Positions 40,861 through 50,435 of a stretch of DNA of 64,000 nucleotides are shown piece after piece (position 1 is the first letter of the stretch; every line of letters starts with the position of its first letter). The notes below the pieces were generated by a model that did no database searches, was not told where the DNA came from, and saw nothing but the letters and a program-made list of their open reading frames with translations. The position numbers were made by a program, and so were the translations under genes. The stretch is from Lachnospiraceae bacterium UBA2864 (lineage in GTDB: Bacteria > Bacillota > Clostridia > Lachnospirales > Lachnospiraceae): positions 9,995 to 73,994 of the forward strand of contig DEFA01000013.1 of the NCBI GenBank assembly GCA_002350525.1, in the 5' to 3' direction.

Positions 40861-40897
40861 AAAGCTGTTATGGATATGATTCCATAGCAGCTTTTTT
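40861..40897 (+). terminator. rho-independent terminator
   Basis: aaagctgttatgga / tccatagcagcttt stem followed by a T-run. Confidence 0.85.
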
Positions 40898-40922
40898 CCC
40901 TATATTTTGGAGGGTTTTGGGA

Positions 40923-40951
40923 TTGCAAGTATATTGAAATGGTGTTACAAT
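40923..40951 (+). promoter_or_regulatory. sigma-A type promoter (extended -10)
   Basis: TTGCAA (40923-40928), 17-nt spacer, TGt-TACAAT (-10 at 40946-40951). Confidence 0.7.
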
Positions 40952-41066
40952 GACCTTCCAAAGAAAAATATTAGACCAACCTGATATTGAAACTCGAAAG
41001 AAGATTTCGGCTTGAGATAGAAGCATGTGGGAATGGACGTGGGCTCTAAGTCTACGCTGTTACTCG

Positions 41067-41097
41067 CACTCTTCGTATGCCGAAGGGTGTTTTTTTT
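41067..41097 (+). terminator. leader (attenuator) terminator upstream of the nitrogenase-like operon
   Basis: cactcttcg / cgaagggtg 9-bp stem, tatgc loop, then 8 T. It sits about 110 nt after the predicted TSS and 33 nt before the first ATG of the operon. Confidence 0.75.
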
Positions 41098-41129
41098 AGC
41101 CTTAGGCTAAAATGCAAAGGAGTTTATAT

Positions 41130-41876
41130 ATGATAAAGTTTGCAATATATGGAAAAGGCGGAATAGGTAAATCGACATTATCCTCAAATCTTTCTGCGGC
41201 TCTTGCGGCAAGAGGACTTACGGTCATGCAGATAGGCTGTGACCCCAAAGCGGATTCCACAACACTTCTGAGACCTAAGGAAGAAATGTCGACAGTGCTG
41301 GATCTTGTAAGAAGCAAGAAGCCGTTCACACTGGAAGATATGGTTAAGGAAAGCTCTGCCGGGGTTTACTGCGTTGAGGCCGGTGGACCGATACCGGGAC
41401 TCGGATGTGCAGGAAGAGGTATCATAAATGCTTTGGAATCTCTTGAAGCAAAGGGAGCTTACGAGAAGTATAATCCGGACGTTGTAATATATGATGTTCT
41501 CGGTGACGTTGTCTGCGGAGGCTTCACTATGCCTATGCGTAAGGGCTATGCGGATAAAGTATATATAGTTACTTCAGGAGAGAAGATGTCCATATATGCT
41601 GCGGCAAACATTGCCATGGCTGTGGAGAATTTTAAGAAGCGTGACTATGCAAGGCTTGGAGGGATAATCCTTAATTGTCGCGGTGTGGAAGATGAAGAGA
41701 AGAGAGCCCGCGAACTGGCTTCGGATTTTAATACGGAAGTTATCACGGTAGTACCGCGTGACAGTATATTTGAAAAGGCGGAAGCAGAGGGGAAAACCGT
41801 TGTAGAACTCTTCCCTGACAGTGAAGTGACAAAGATACTTCTGGCTGCCGCAGATAAGATAATGGAAGCAGAATAA
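41130..41876 (+). CDS. NifH/BchL/CfbC-family ATPase (nitrogenase iron protein-like) copy 1
   Basis: P-loop [10 protein letters not shown], switch I CDPKADST, both [4Fe-4S] ligands (GLGCAGRG and GDVVCGGF). AAAGGAG RBS lies 7 nt upstream. Confidence 0.9.
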   Translation: MIKFAIYGKGGIGKSTLSSNLSAALAARGLTVMQIGCDPKADSTTLLRPKEEMSTVLDLVRSKKPFTLEDMVKESSAGVYCVEAGGPIPGLGCAGRGIINALESLEAKGAYEKYNPDVVIYDVLGDVVCGGFTMPMRKGYADKVYIVTSGEKMSIYAAANIAMAVENFKKRDYARLGGIILNCRGVEDEEKRARELASDFNTEVITVVPRDSIFEKAEAEGKTVVELFPDSEVTKILLAAADKIMEAE

Positions 41877-41906
41877 TAAAAGCATAGTAATGTTTGAGGA
41901 TCGGAT

Positions 41907-43295
41907 ATGATTAAAGCACTTCAGACAACTGAACAGAGAATACCGGAACCGGTACTGCTGAAGGATATAGATTTTAATGCGCCTTTTTACGAAGGACTGC
42001 AGTATAATGCACCGGCCAGAGGTGTATGGAATATCGTTCATACGGGCATGCTGATCCCGGAAACACATCAGGTTTATGTCTGTGCTCAGGGGTGTCTGAG
42101 AGGTGTTATTCTTACAGCTGCCGAGATGAATGAGACCACCCGTATGTCGTGGGTTGCTCTCCGTGAAGAGGATATGTGGAACGGAGAGATGGAGAAACGT
42201 GTTATAGAAGGCACGGCTCACATCGTGGATAAGATGGAGAAAAAGCCGAGATGTATCCTTATATATCTCAGCTGTATGCATATGTTTGAAGGTTGTGACT
42301 TCATGATGATAACGGATGAGCTGCATGAGATGTATCCGGATATTGATTTTGTGGAGTGCTACATGATTCCGACTATGAGAAAGACCATGTCGCCGGATGC
42401 CATGATGAAGATAAGTCTCTATGAAGCTGTAGAAAAGTTGGAGAAGGACGAGAGTCTGGTCGGAATCATCGGATCTAATCTGCCGAATGCGAAAGATTCG
42501 GATCTGGTATCCCTTATAGAATTGTCATCCCATAAGGTATGGGATATAACGGATTGCAGGTCCTATGACGAGTATCTCCGTCTGGGAGCGGCAGGGCGGA
42601 TAGTATCATATCTTAATGTTACCGATGCTGCTGCAAAACAGCTTAAGGAAAGACTCGGGTGTGAGTGGAGCAAGGTGCCTCTTCGATTTGATGAGACGAA
42701 GCTCGATGAGAGTCTTATTTCTTTCGGAGAAGCTCTGGGACTTACCCGGGATACGGTAGAAAAGTGGATCGCGGAGCGTAAGGCAGAAGCTTATGCGGCA
42801 CTTGATGAAGCCTCAGGTATTATAGGCGATACCGAGATTGCTATAGATTATACGGCATTTCCTTATATACTCGAATTTGCGGAATTATTACTGAAGCACG
42901 GCTTCAATGTAAAGAGGATTTATTCGGATAATTTCCCGGCAGATGAAAGAGATGCGTACGAGAGGATCATATCCCGAGAGACGGATCCGGAAGTGAGGGA
43001 ACAAGTATCTTCCGAAGAAAATGCCGGATATATAAAGCTTTATCCGACCAACGAGCCGGCCATGAGATTTGCGGCTTCGGAGAATTCCTCCGACAGCAGG
43101 ATTCTTGCCATCGGGCAGAAAGCGGCTTATTTTACGGGAACACAGCATTTCGTTGATATAGTCGAAGGCGGCGGAATGTTTGGATATGATGCAGTGAAGA
43201 AGATAGCCGGACTTATGACGGAAGCCTATCGGGAGAAAAAGGATACAAAGAAGATCATCAGTCACAAGGGATGGGGGTGCGACAGCTGCCTATGA
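41907..43295 (+). CDS. nitrogenase component 1-type (NifD/NifE/BchN-like) subunit, copy 1
   Basis: 462 aa. Cys-containing motifs VCAQGC and LIYLSCMHMFEGCDF sit at positions expected for the HGxxGC and xTCxxExIGDD cluster motifs of the Oxidored_nitro family. Follows the NifH-like gene. Assignment made by eye. Confidence 0.65.
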   Translation: MIKALQTTEQRIPEPVLLKDIDFNAPFYEGLQYNAPARGVWNIVHTGMLIPETHQVYVCAQGCLRGVILTAAEMNETTRMSWVALREEDMWNGEMEKRVIEGTAHIVDKMEKKPRCILIYLSCMHMFEGCDFMMITDELHEMYPDIDFVECYMIPTMRKTMSPDAMMKISLYEAVEKLEKDESLVGIIGSNLPNAKDSDLVSLIELSSHKVWDITDCRSYDEYLRLGAAGRIVSYLNVTDAAAKQLKERLGCEWSKVPLRFDETKLDESLISFGEALGLTRDTVEKWIAERKAEAYAALDEASGIIGDTEIAIDYTAFPYILEFAELLLKHGFNVKRIYSDNFPADERDAYERIISRETDPEVREQVSSEENAGYIKLYPTNEPAMRFAASENSSDSRILAIGQKAAYFTGTQHFVDIVEGGGMFGYDAVKKIAGLMTEAYREKKDTKKIISHKGWGCDSCL

Positions 43296-44491
43296 ATCAG
43301 ACTGCAAGAATAATATCAATATATGTAGCGGATACTTCGGGCGTCTGCTCGGCACTGTATGAGTTCGGTGGCATGACAGTCATACATGATGCATCGGGCT
43401 GTAATTCCACTTATACGACGCATGATGAGCCGAGATGGTATGACATGGACAGCATGATGTATATATCCGGTCTCACGGAGAATGATGCTGTAATGGGTAA
43501 CGACGATAAGTTTATAGATGACCTTGTAACTGCGGCAGAGGAGCTTCGTCCCGAATATATCGCCATATGTGCGTCACCTATGCCGGCCATGATCGGTATC
43601 GATATGGATGCCATAGCTTATGAAGTGGAGAATCAGACGGGAATTCCTGCCTTTTACGTAAAGACCAACGGCATGCAGAGTTATATAACGGGAGCCGGTA
43701 ATGCTTTCCTTAAGCTGTCCGAGAGATTTACGGGAACTTTAGATGAGTTGAAGGATTCTGCGACAGATATAGATAATGCGGCATCCGGTACCAGAGTTAA
43801 CATCCTCGGAATGACACCGCTTGACTTTCCTCTGGGAACAGATAAGGAAATCCGGAAATGGCTTGTGAAGAACGGATTTGAGGTGAACTCATGCATCGGC
43901 ATGGGAACTTCTCTGGATGAAGTTAGAAGACTCAACAGAGCGGATGTAAGTATAGTTGTATCTTCAGCGGGACGGCCGCTGGCCGAGAGCCTGAAGCAGA
44001 GATACGGGATTCCTTATATTGTCGGTGTTCCGTACGGGAAATGCTTCGCTGCATTTCTGGCTGAAGAACTGAGGACTGCAGCAGGTAAGAAGGGGACGCC
44101 GGGTGAAGTCGTTACTAATGTTGCGGGAAAATACAGAAGCTTTGACAGCAGGATCGCAGTGTTCGGAGAGAGTGTTCTTGCAACTTCACTTGCGGCTGCA
44201 ATATCCGTATGTACGGGGCAGGGAACGAGAGTTCTTGAAACCGTAGGAGACGGAGATATGTCCCAGCTTTCAGAGTCGGACATTTCCTGTGATGATGAAG
44301 AGCGCCTGGAAGAGGAACTTAAAGCTTCGGAGATAGTGATAGCAGATCCTCTGTTCCGCCCGATATGCGGTGACGGAGAATTCATCAGACTTCCGCATGA
44401 TGCTTTCTCGGGAAGATGTTATAAGTCGGAAGAGATAAATATGATAGATACGGATGTTCCGTTCTTTAATAGATTGAAGGAGTTTGGATAA
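43292..44491 (+). CDS. nitrogenase component 1-type (NifK/NifN/BchB-like) subunit, copy 1
   Basis: [22 protein letters not shown] and [17 protein letters not shown] match the C..GA...G....HG..GC / TC...IGDD pattern of the family. ATGA overlap with the upstream gene; the alternative ATG at 43271 is less likely. Confidence 0.65.
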   Translation: MNQTARIISIYVADTSGVCSALYEFGGMTVIHDASGCNSTYTTHDEPRWYDMDSMMYISGLTENDAVMGNDDKFIDDLVTAAEELRPEYIAICASPMPAMIGIDMDAIAYEVENQTGIPAFYVKTNGMQSYITGAGNAFLKLSERFTGTLDELKDSATDIDNAASGTRVNILGMTPLDFPLGTDKEIRKWLVKNGFEVNSCIGMGTSLDEVRRLNRADVSIVVSSAGRPLAESLKQRYGIPYIVGVPYGKCFAAFLAEELRTAAGKKGTPGEVVTNVAGKYRSFDSRIAVFGESVLATSLAAAISVCTGQGTRVLETVGDGDMSQLSESDISCDDEERLEEELKASEIVIADPLFRPICGDGEFIRLPHDAFSGRCYKSEEINMIDTDVPFFNRLKEFG

Positions 44492-45258
44492 TGATAAAGG
44501 TAGCCATATACGGTAAGGGCGGAATAGGTAAATCGACCGTTACGTCGAACCTTTCTGCGGCACTTGCTTCACTTGGTAAGAGAGTAATTCAGATCGGGTG
44601 TGATCCCAAGGCAGATTCGACAGCGAATCTTCTCTCGGGTAATCCCGTGATGCCGGTAATGAACTATATGCGTGAGCATGACGAGGAACCGACATCTCTG
44701 GATCAGATAACAAGAGAAGGTTTCGGAGGAGTTCTCTGTATAGAGACAGGAGGACCGACACCGGGACTGGGCTGCGCCGGAAGAGGGATCATAACCACAT
44801 TTTCACTTCTGGAAGAGCTGGAGCTTTTTAAGAAGTATAAGCCGGATGCGGTACTGTATGACGTACTCGGAGATGTTGTCTGCGGCGGCTTTGCGGCTCC
44901 CATAAGAGAAGGATATGCGGAAAAGGTTCTGATAGTTACCTCGGGTGAGAAGATGGCTCTTTATGCGGCGGATAATATCAACAGTGCGGTGAACAACTTT
45001 CAGGACAGAAGCTATGCAAAGGTAAGAGGCATCGTTATGAATCGCCGTGCGGTAGAGGGCGAGGAAGAGAAGGTACGTGCTTTTGCGGAGAGGACCGGAC
45101 TTCCTATAGTTGCGGATATTCCGAGAACCAATGATATCATTCACTATGAAGATATGGGTAAGACCGTGATCGAAGGTGATCCGACACTTGAAGTAAGTAA
45201 GAGATTCCTTGATCTGGCAAGACTGCTTATAGAAGAAGATGAAAAGGATAACAGGTAA
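44491..45258 (+). CDS. NifH/BchL/CfbC-family ATPase (nitrogenase iron protein-like) copy 2
   Basis: [39 protein letters not shown] overlap with the upstream gene. GAAGGAG RBS. Confidence 0.9.
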   Translation: MIKVAIYGKGGIGKSTVTSNLSAALASLGKRVIQIGCDPKADSTANLLSGNPVMPVMNYMREHDEEPTSLDQITREGFGGVLCIETGGPTPGLGCAGRGIITTFSLLEELELFKKYKPDAVLYDVLGDVVCGGFAAPIREGYAEKVLIVTSGEKMALYAADNINSAVNNFQDRSYAKVRGIVMNRRAVEGEEEKVRAFAERTGLPIVADIPRTNDIIHYEDMGKTVIEGDPTLEVSKRFLDLARLLIEEDEKDNR

Positions 45259-46539
45259 ATGAGCGAAGCTTTTTTTAAAACTGCAAAAGAACTGGCGGAG
45301 ACGGGACTTGCCGGACTTCCGGCAGAACTGAAGAGTTCCGAGCATCTGATATACAGCTCGCCGGCGACACTGTCCTTTAATTCTCCGGGAGCGAAGGGGT
45401 TCGGTGTAAAGCGTGCGGGCCTTGCCGTGCCGGATTCGGTTATGCTGCTTGTCTCACCGGGATGCTGCGGCAGGAATACATCACTCTTCCGCTCAGCACC
45501 TGAATACAGAGACCGTTTCTTCTTCCAGCTTCTGGATGATACCGATATCGTAACGGGAAGACATCTAACCAAGATTCCGCAGGCAGCTGAGGAAATGCTC
45601 TCGGTTCTGAGGAAGAAGCCTTCTGCGATCATGATATGTATCACCTGTGTCGATGCGCTTCTCGGAACGGATATGGAGCGTGTATGCAGACGTGTAACGG
45701 AGAAGACGGGAATTCCGGCGGTGGCCTGCTACATGTATGCTCTGACAAGAGAGAAGAGACTTCCGCCTATGGCGGCGGTAAGAACTTCTGTTTATTCGCT
45801 TCTTGAAAAACAGGAAAAACGTAATTCTGCCGATATGAATATACTCGGATATTTCACACCTCTCTTTGACAGTTCGGAGCTATATACTCTGATGAAGTCG
45901 ATAGGTATTAAGAATATCCGTGAGCTTTCAAGATGTAACAATATTGAAGAGTATCATGAGCTCTCAAAGGCTAATTTCAGTCTTGTTCTGAATCCGGAAG
46001 CGAGAGCTGCGGCGCAGGATATGGAGCAGAGACTGGGCATTCCATTTATAGAGCTGCTCAGACTCTATAGAATAGATAAGATCAGAAATCAGTACAGACT
46101 TCTGGGACAGGCTCTCGGAGCAGAGCTTGACGACACGGAGTTTTATGAGACTGCAAGAAAAACAGTGGATGATTTCAGAGACAGATACGGAAAACTGGAG
46201 TTTGCGGTCGGCGAGATACAGAACGGAGATCCTATCGAGATGGCGCTTATGCTTATTGAAGAGGGATTTGCCGTTAAAGAAATCTTCGCAACCATCGGTG
46301 AACTGAATTTCCGCTTCCTGAAGAAACTTGCGGAGCTGAGTCCGGAGACAAAGATATATTCGAATCTTTCACCGACCATGCTTCATTATAAGGAAGAAAA
46401 GGTGGATGTATATATCGGAGCAGACTGCGAATATTATCATCCCGGGACTCCGGGAATCGACTGGTGTGATGATTCACAGCCGTTCGGTTATGACGGAGTT
46501 ATAAAACTGTTTGAGAGATTAGCGGATAAGCTATCATAA
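45259..46539 (+). CDS. nitrogenase component 1-type (D/E/N-like) subunit, copy 2
   Basis: 426 aa. VSPGCCGRN and IMICITCVDALLGTDM are paralogous to copy-1 motifs. ATG immediately follows the upstream TAA. Confidence 0.6.
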   Translation: MSEAFFKTAKELAETGLAGLPAELKSSEHLIYSSPATLSFNSPGAKGFGVKRAGLAVPDSVMLLVSPGCCGRNTSLFRSAPEYRDRFFFQLLDDTDIVTGRHLTKIPQAAEEMLSVLRKKPSAIMICITCVDALLGTDMERVCRRVTEKTGIPAVACYMYALTREKRLPPMAAVRTSVYSLLEKQEKRNSADMNILGYFTPLFDSSELYTLMKSIGIKNIRELSRCNNIEEYHELSKANFSLVLNPEARAAAQDMEQRLGIPFIELLRLYRIDKIRNQYRLLGQALGAELDDTEFYETARKTVDDFRDRYGKLEFAVGEIQNGDPIEMALMLIEEGFAVKEIFATIGELNFRFLKKLAELSPETKIYSNLSPTMLHYKEEKVDVYIGADCEYYHPGTPGIDWCDDSQPFGYDGVIKLFERLADKLS

Positions 46540-46553
46540 TATCGGAGTGTTCT

Positions 46554-47651
46554 ATGAAAAAACTACTTAAGTATCTATCACCCTTTGCACCCGATCAGTC
46601 GGGAGCCTGTGGGGTATTATATGAACTCGGCGGACTTATAGTTATCTGCGATGCAGGCGGCTGCGCCGGAAATATATGCGGCTTTGACGAACCGAGATGG
46701 TTCACCAAAAGAAGTGCGGTATTCAGTGCGGGACTTCGTGATATGGATGCCATAATGGGGCGTGACGATAAGCTTATCGCAAAGCTTGCTGATGCCCAGA
46801 AGAGCCTCAACTGCAATTTTACCGCTATTGTCGCAACGCCGGTTCCTGCTGTTATCGCAACAGACATGAAAGCTCTGAAACGTATGGCAGAGAAAAAAAC
46901 CGGAGTTCCTTGTATAACCGTAAATGCGATCGGAACCAGATATTACGATGAAGGCGAGAGTGAGGCCTGGGTACAGTTGTTCCGAGAATTTGCCGGAACA
47001 AATGCTGAGGACGAAATTCCATCAGAGTCTGCAGAGGCAGATACTGTCGGTGTTATAGGAGCCACGCCTCTTGAAACAGGATATTCCTCGGCTGCACCGC
47101 TTAAGGAAGGACTCCGCCGTTATGGAGTAGAGGATTCTGTTATATACGGTGTGGGAACAGATCTTGATGCAGTAAGAGCGGCAGGAAGTGTTAAGAAGAA
47201 TCTGGTGGTAAGTGCGGCAGGAATAAGAGCGGCTGAGTATCTGAAGGAGAAGTTCGGAACACCGTATGAAGTGGGTTATCCGTTTATTCCCGAAAGCGTC
47301 AGCTCGGAAGTTAAGGCGGCTGTCGAAGCAGACTCACTCGGAAAAACTCTTATCATCGGCTCGCAGTTCGCATCAAATGAATTAAGAGATTTCATAGGAG
47401 ACGGAAGCAAAGTAAACTGTGCTACCTTCTTTATGTCAGATAATAATTATGCAGCTGAGGGAGATATAAGACTCTCGGGCGAAGATGAACTCGCGGAACT
47501 GGTCGAAGAGGGAAAGTACAATACCATTATCGCAGATGATGATATTAAGCGTCTTCTGGATGCGGTGGGATATGAAGGCAGATTTATCTCCTTCCCGCAT
47601 TTCGCTATATCGGGAAGACCGCTGGATGACGGAAAGACACTTTATAATTAA
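46554..47651 (+). CDS. nitrogenase component 1-type (K/N/B-like) subunit, copy 2
   Basis: SGACGVLYELGGLIVICDAGGC, FDEPRWF and MGRDDKLI parallel copy 1 ([32 protein letters not shown]). Confidence 0.65.
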   Translation: MKKLLKYLSPFAPDQSGACGVLYELGGLIVICDAGGCAGNICGFDEPRWFTKRSAVFSAGLRDMDAIMGRDDKLIAKLADAQKSLNCNFTAIVATPVPAVIATDMKALKRMAEKKTGVPCITVNAIGTRYYDEGESEAWVQLFREFAGTNAEDEIPSESAEADTVGVIGATPLETGYSSAAPLKEGLRRYGVEDSVIYGVGTDLDAVRAAGSVKKNLVVSAAGIRAAEYLKEKFGTPYEVGYPFIPESVSSEVKAAVEADSLGKTLIIGSQFASNELRDFIGDGSKVNCATFFMSDNNYAAEGDIRLSGEDELAELVEEGKYNTIIADDDIKRLLDAVGYEGRFISFPHFAISGRPLDDGKTLYN

Positions 47652-47677
47652 AGTGACAGAGGATATATCAAGGGGAG

Positions 47678-50116
47678 GTGAGGACAACGCTCACATATAA
47701 TATAAGAGTTTACGGAATTGTTCAGGGCGTTGGCTTCAGACCTTTCGTAAGCAGGACATGTAAGGATAACAGAATAACGGGAACAGTTGCCAATAAGGGC
47801 TCCTATGTTGAAATATTCGCACAGGGAGACAGTGTCGGAAATCTCTTCGATGCATTAAAGCATACTCCGCCGGACAGAGCGGTAATACTTAATACCATCA
47901 CTCATGAATGTGATATGCCGGCCTTTGATTCCTTTGAAATAATTGAGAGTGAGAAGGATTCCGGAGATATATTCGTATCACCGGATATTGCAATCTGCGA
48001 GGATTGTAAGAAGGAACTCTTCGATCCGACCAACCGAAGATATATGCATCCCTTTATCAATTGTACAAACTGCGGACCGAGACTTACGATCCTTGACTCA
48101 ATGCCTTATGACAGAGAACGTACCAGCATGAAGGAATTCGATATGTGTCCGGAATGCGAATATGAATATACACATCCCGAGACGCGTCGATATGACGCTC
48201 AGCCCGTGTGCTGTCCGAACTGCGGCCCGAGCGTATATCTGATAGAGACGGGAATCGGAAATGAAGTAAATGGCAGCAACACAGGAAATATCACAGCTCG
48301 CGGAAGAGATGCGATAAGTGCAGCGAGAAAAGCTCTCGCGGACGGAAAGATTGTTGCGGTAAAGGGAATCGGCGGATTTCATCTCGCATGCGATGCAAAG
48401 AATGAAAACGCCGTTGCAAGACTGAGAGAGTTGAAGCATAGGCCGATGAAGCCTTTTGCAGTTATGATGAAGGATATGGACACAGTCCTCAGGGAGTGCA
48501 GCCTGGGGGATGAGCTGTTTGAAAAAAATCTTTCCGGAGAAAAGAAATCTGCAGAAAGCGGGCAGTCGGAAGAAGGAATTCGCGAACTTCTGACCGGATA
48601 TCAGAAGCCGATAGTATTACTTGAGAAAAAATCGGAAGCCGGAAGTGATTCGGGTACGGTACTCGCAGAGTCGGTTGCACCGGATAACCCATATGTCGGA
48701 GTTATGCTTCCTTATACACCGCTTCACATGCTGCTATTTAACTATGATGATGAATATGAAGTATCGGATTGTCTCGTTATGACAAGTGCAAATGCATCGG
48801 GAGCGCCTATCTGCAGGACCGATGAGGATGCGCTGAACGAGATAGCGGGCTTTACGGACTATATACTTTCCAACGACCGTATGATAAGGACCAGAGCAGA
48901 TGATTCGGTTACTGACTTCTATAAAGGACGCCCTTATATGATAAGAAGGTCGAGAGGATTCGCACCGCTTCCTGTTATGATAAGTGACAGACAGGATGAG
49001 GTCGGTGCACTTAAAGGATGCGTCCTTGCCGTGGGAGGCGAGCTGAAGAATACATTTGCGATAGCGAAGGATTCACTCATATATCCGTCTGCATATGTGG
49101 GCGATATGGAGGATATAAGAACCGTAAATGCGCTTGAAGAATCGATCAAAAGAATGCAGTCGCTTCTGGAAGCCGAGCCGTCGCTGGTTGTATGTGACAT
49201 GCATCCGAAGTATAATACTACTGCGGCAGCCGAGTCACTCGGTCTGACTGTTATGAAGATACAGCATCATTATGCGCACATACTTTCCTGTATGGCGGAG
49301 AACGACTACCTGGATGAGGTGATAGGAGTATCCTTCGACGGAACGGGTTACGGAACCGACGGAACGATCTGGGGAGGAGAATTTCTCAGATGTGATGTAT
49401 CGGGATTTGAGAGACTCGGTTCTATCACACCGTTTATCCAGTGCGGAGGAGATCTTTCATCGAAGGAAGGCTGGAGGATTGCGGCTTCTCTGCTCGGAGA
49501 TTTTGCCGGGGGTGAAAATGGCCTCGGTAAAGATGTCATATGTGACGAGCTGAAACTGTGTTCACCTATGGAGTTCTCGCTTCTCGAAAATATGGCACGG
49601 ACGGGAATAAACAGTATAACCTCTACAAGTGCGGGAAGACTGTTTGATGCTGTAAGTGCGATACTCGGAATCAGAAGAAGCTCGACCTTTGAAGGCGAAG
49701 CTTCGACTGCGCTGATGTTTGAGGCAGAGAGATATCTGAAGAAGAATATGGATAAGATAAGCTTCGGAGCGGCCGAAGGACTTGATATATCGAAGGATTT
49801 TACGAGCGGTCTTGCAAGAGATATAGCGGCGAGAGTTCTTAGCGGTGAGGATAGAGGAAGTCTGGCCTATAGATTCCATTCGGATCTTGCAGGATATATT
49901 ATAGAAAGCTGTAGGATTTACTCCGAGGAATCGGGAATCAGAACCGTAGCTCTGAGCGGAGGTGTATTTCAGAATAAGCTGCTTCTCGGTCTGGTCGATG
50001 AAGGACTGAAGAAAGAGGGATTTAAGGTTCTCAGACACAGTCTGATACCGCCGAATGACGGAGGAATCTGTGTGGGACAGGCGCTTGCCGGAATGGCAGC
50101 TATATCAGGAAGATAA
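47678..50116 (+). CDS. hypF: carbamoyltransferase HypF
   Basis: Acylphosphatase domain (VYGIVQGVGFRPF), two Zn-finger pairs (CEDCKKEL..INCTNCGPR; CPECEYEY..VCCPNCGP), YrdC-like (VAVKGIGGFHLACDA) and Kae1-like C-terminal domains. The GTG start at 47678 is poorly spaced from AGGGGAG, so the start is uncertain. Confidence 0.92.
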   Translation: MRTTLTYNIRVYGIVQGVGFRPFVSRTCKDNRITGTVANKGSYVEIFAQGDSVGNLFDALKHTPPDRAVILNTITHECDMPAFDSFEIIESEKDSGDIFVSPDIAICEDCKKELFDPTNRRYMHPFINCTNCGPRLTILDSMPYDRERTSMKEFDMCPECEYEYTHPETRRYDAQPVCCPNCGPSVYLIETGIGNEVNGSNTGNITARGRDAISAARKALADGKIVAVKGIGGFHLACDAKNENAVARLRELKHRPMKPFAVMMKDMDTVLRECSLGDELFEKNLSGEKKSAESGQSEEGIRELLTGYQKPIVLLEKKSEAGSDSGTVLAESVAPDNPYVGVMLPYTPLHMLLFNYDDEYEVSDCLVMTSANASGAPICRTDEDALNEIAGFTDYILSNDRMIRTRADDSVTDFYKGRPYMIRRSRGFAPLPVMISDRQDEVGALKGCVLAVGGELKNTFAIAKDSLIYPSAYVGDMEDIRTVNALEESIKRMQSLLEAEPSLVVCDMHPKYNTTAAAESLGLTVMKIQHHYAHILSCMAENDYLDEVIGVSFDGTGYGTDGTIWGGEFLRCDVSGFERLGSITPFIQCGGDLSSKEGWRIAASLLGDFAGGENGLGKDVICDELKLCSPMEFSLLENMARTGINSITSTSAGRLFDAVSAILGIRRSSTFEGEASTALMFEAERYLKKNMDKISFGAAEGLDISKDFTSGLARDIAARVLSGEDRGSLAYRFHSDLAGYIIESCRIYSEESGIRTVALSGGVFQNKLLLGLVDEGLKKEGFKVLRHSLIPPNDGGICVGQALAGMAAISGR

Positions 50117-50179
50117 CGAGCCGGACATTTCCGGATAATAAAGTAGAATAATATAAGTATAGATACGGAGGAAACAAAA

Positions 50180-50392
50180 ATGTGTGTAGGACTTGCGGCT
50201 AAGGTGGTAAGTGTTAAGGATGGTACGGCAGTGATCGATGCCAGCGGGGCAAAGAGAGATGTCAGTGCCGAGCTCCTCGAAGATCTTGAACCGGGCGATT
50301 ATGTCATGGTCCATGCAGGTGTTGCGATTGCGAAGATCACAAGCGACGATGCTGAAGAAACATCAACTATCATGAATAAACACGCGAGATAA
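50180..50392 (+). CDS. hypC: hydrogenase maturation chaperone HypC/HupF family
   Basis: N-terminal MCVGLAAKV with the essential Cys2. 70 aa. GGAGGA RBS. Confidence 0.9.
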   Translation: MCVGLAAKVVSVKDGTAVIDASGAKRDVSAELLEDLEPGDYVMVHAGVAIAKITSDDAEETSTIMNKHAR

Positions 50393-50435
50393 GTGCGTGA
50401 ATAAAGATAAGTGTGTGAATAAGAGAGGAACAGTA

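Noticed and set aside
40958-41066. Assignment of the nif-like leader to a known riboswitch class (SAM-I, TPP, cobalamin, T-box, THF, Moco)
   Set aside because: I found none of the conserved cores (for example CTGAGA/ACCTGAT, GCCACTG, GGTGGTACCGCG, or the SAM-I GAGGGA...GCAACC). A loose resemblance of gtgggaatggacg to the THF aptamer is too weak to call without a covariance model.
41025-41099. 24-codon ORF in the nif-like leader (MWEWTWALSLRCYSHSSYAEGCFF*) with three Trp codons in the first six, running through the leader terminator
   Set aside because: It is tempting as a Trp-type leader peptide. However, it has only a weak purine-rich RBS (gagatagaag), there is no functional reason for Trp control, and the TGG triplets may simply reflect a G-rich structured segment. 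I kept it as a note only. Ribosome profiling would decide.
41574-42326. 250-aa minus-strand ORF spanning the NifH-like-1/D1 junction, plus similar ones at 44803-45345, 51702-52394 and 49562-50038
   Set aside because: They are antisense to genes with strong family motifs and translational coupling, and have no RBS or motif. Shadow ORFs.
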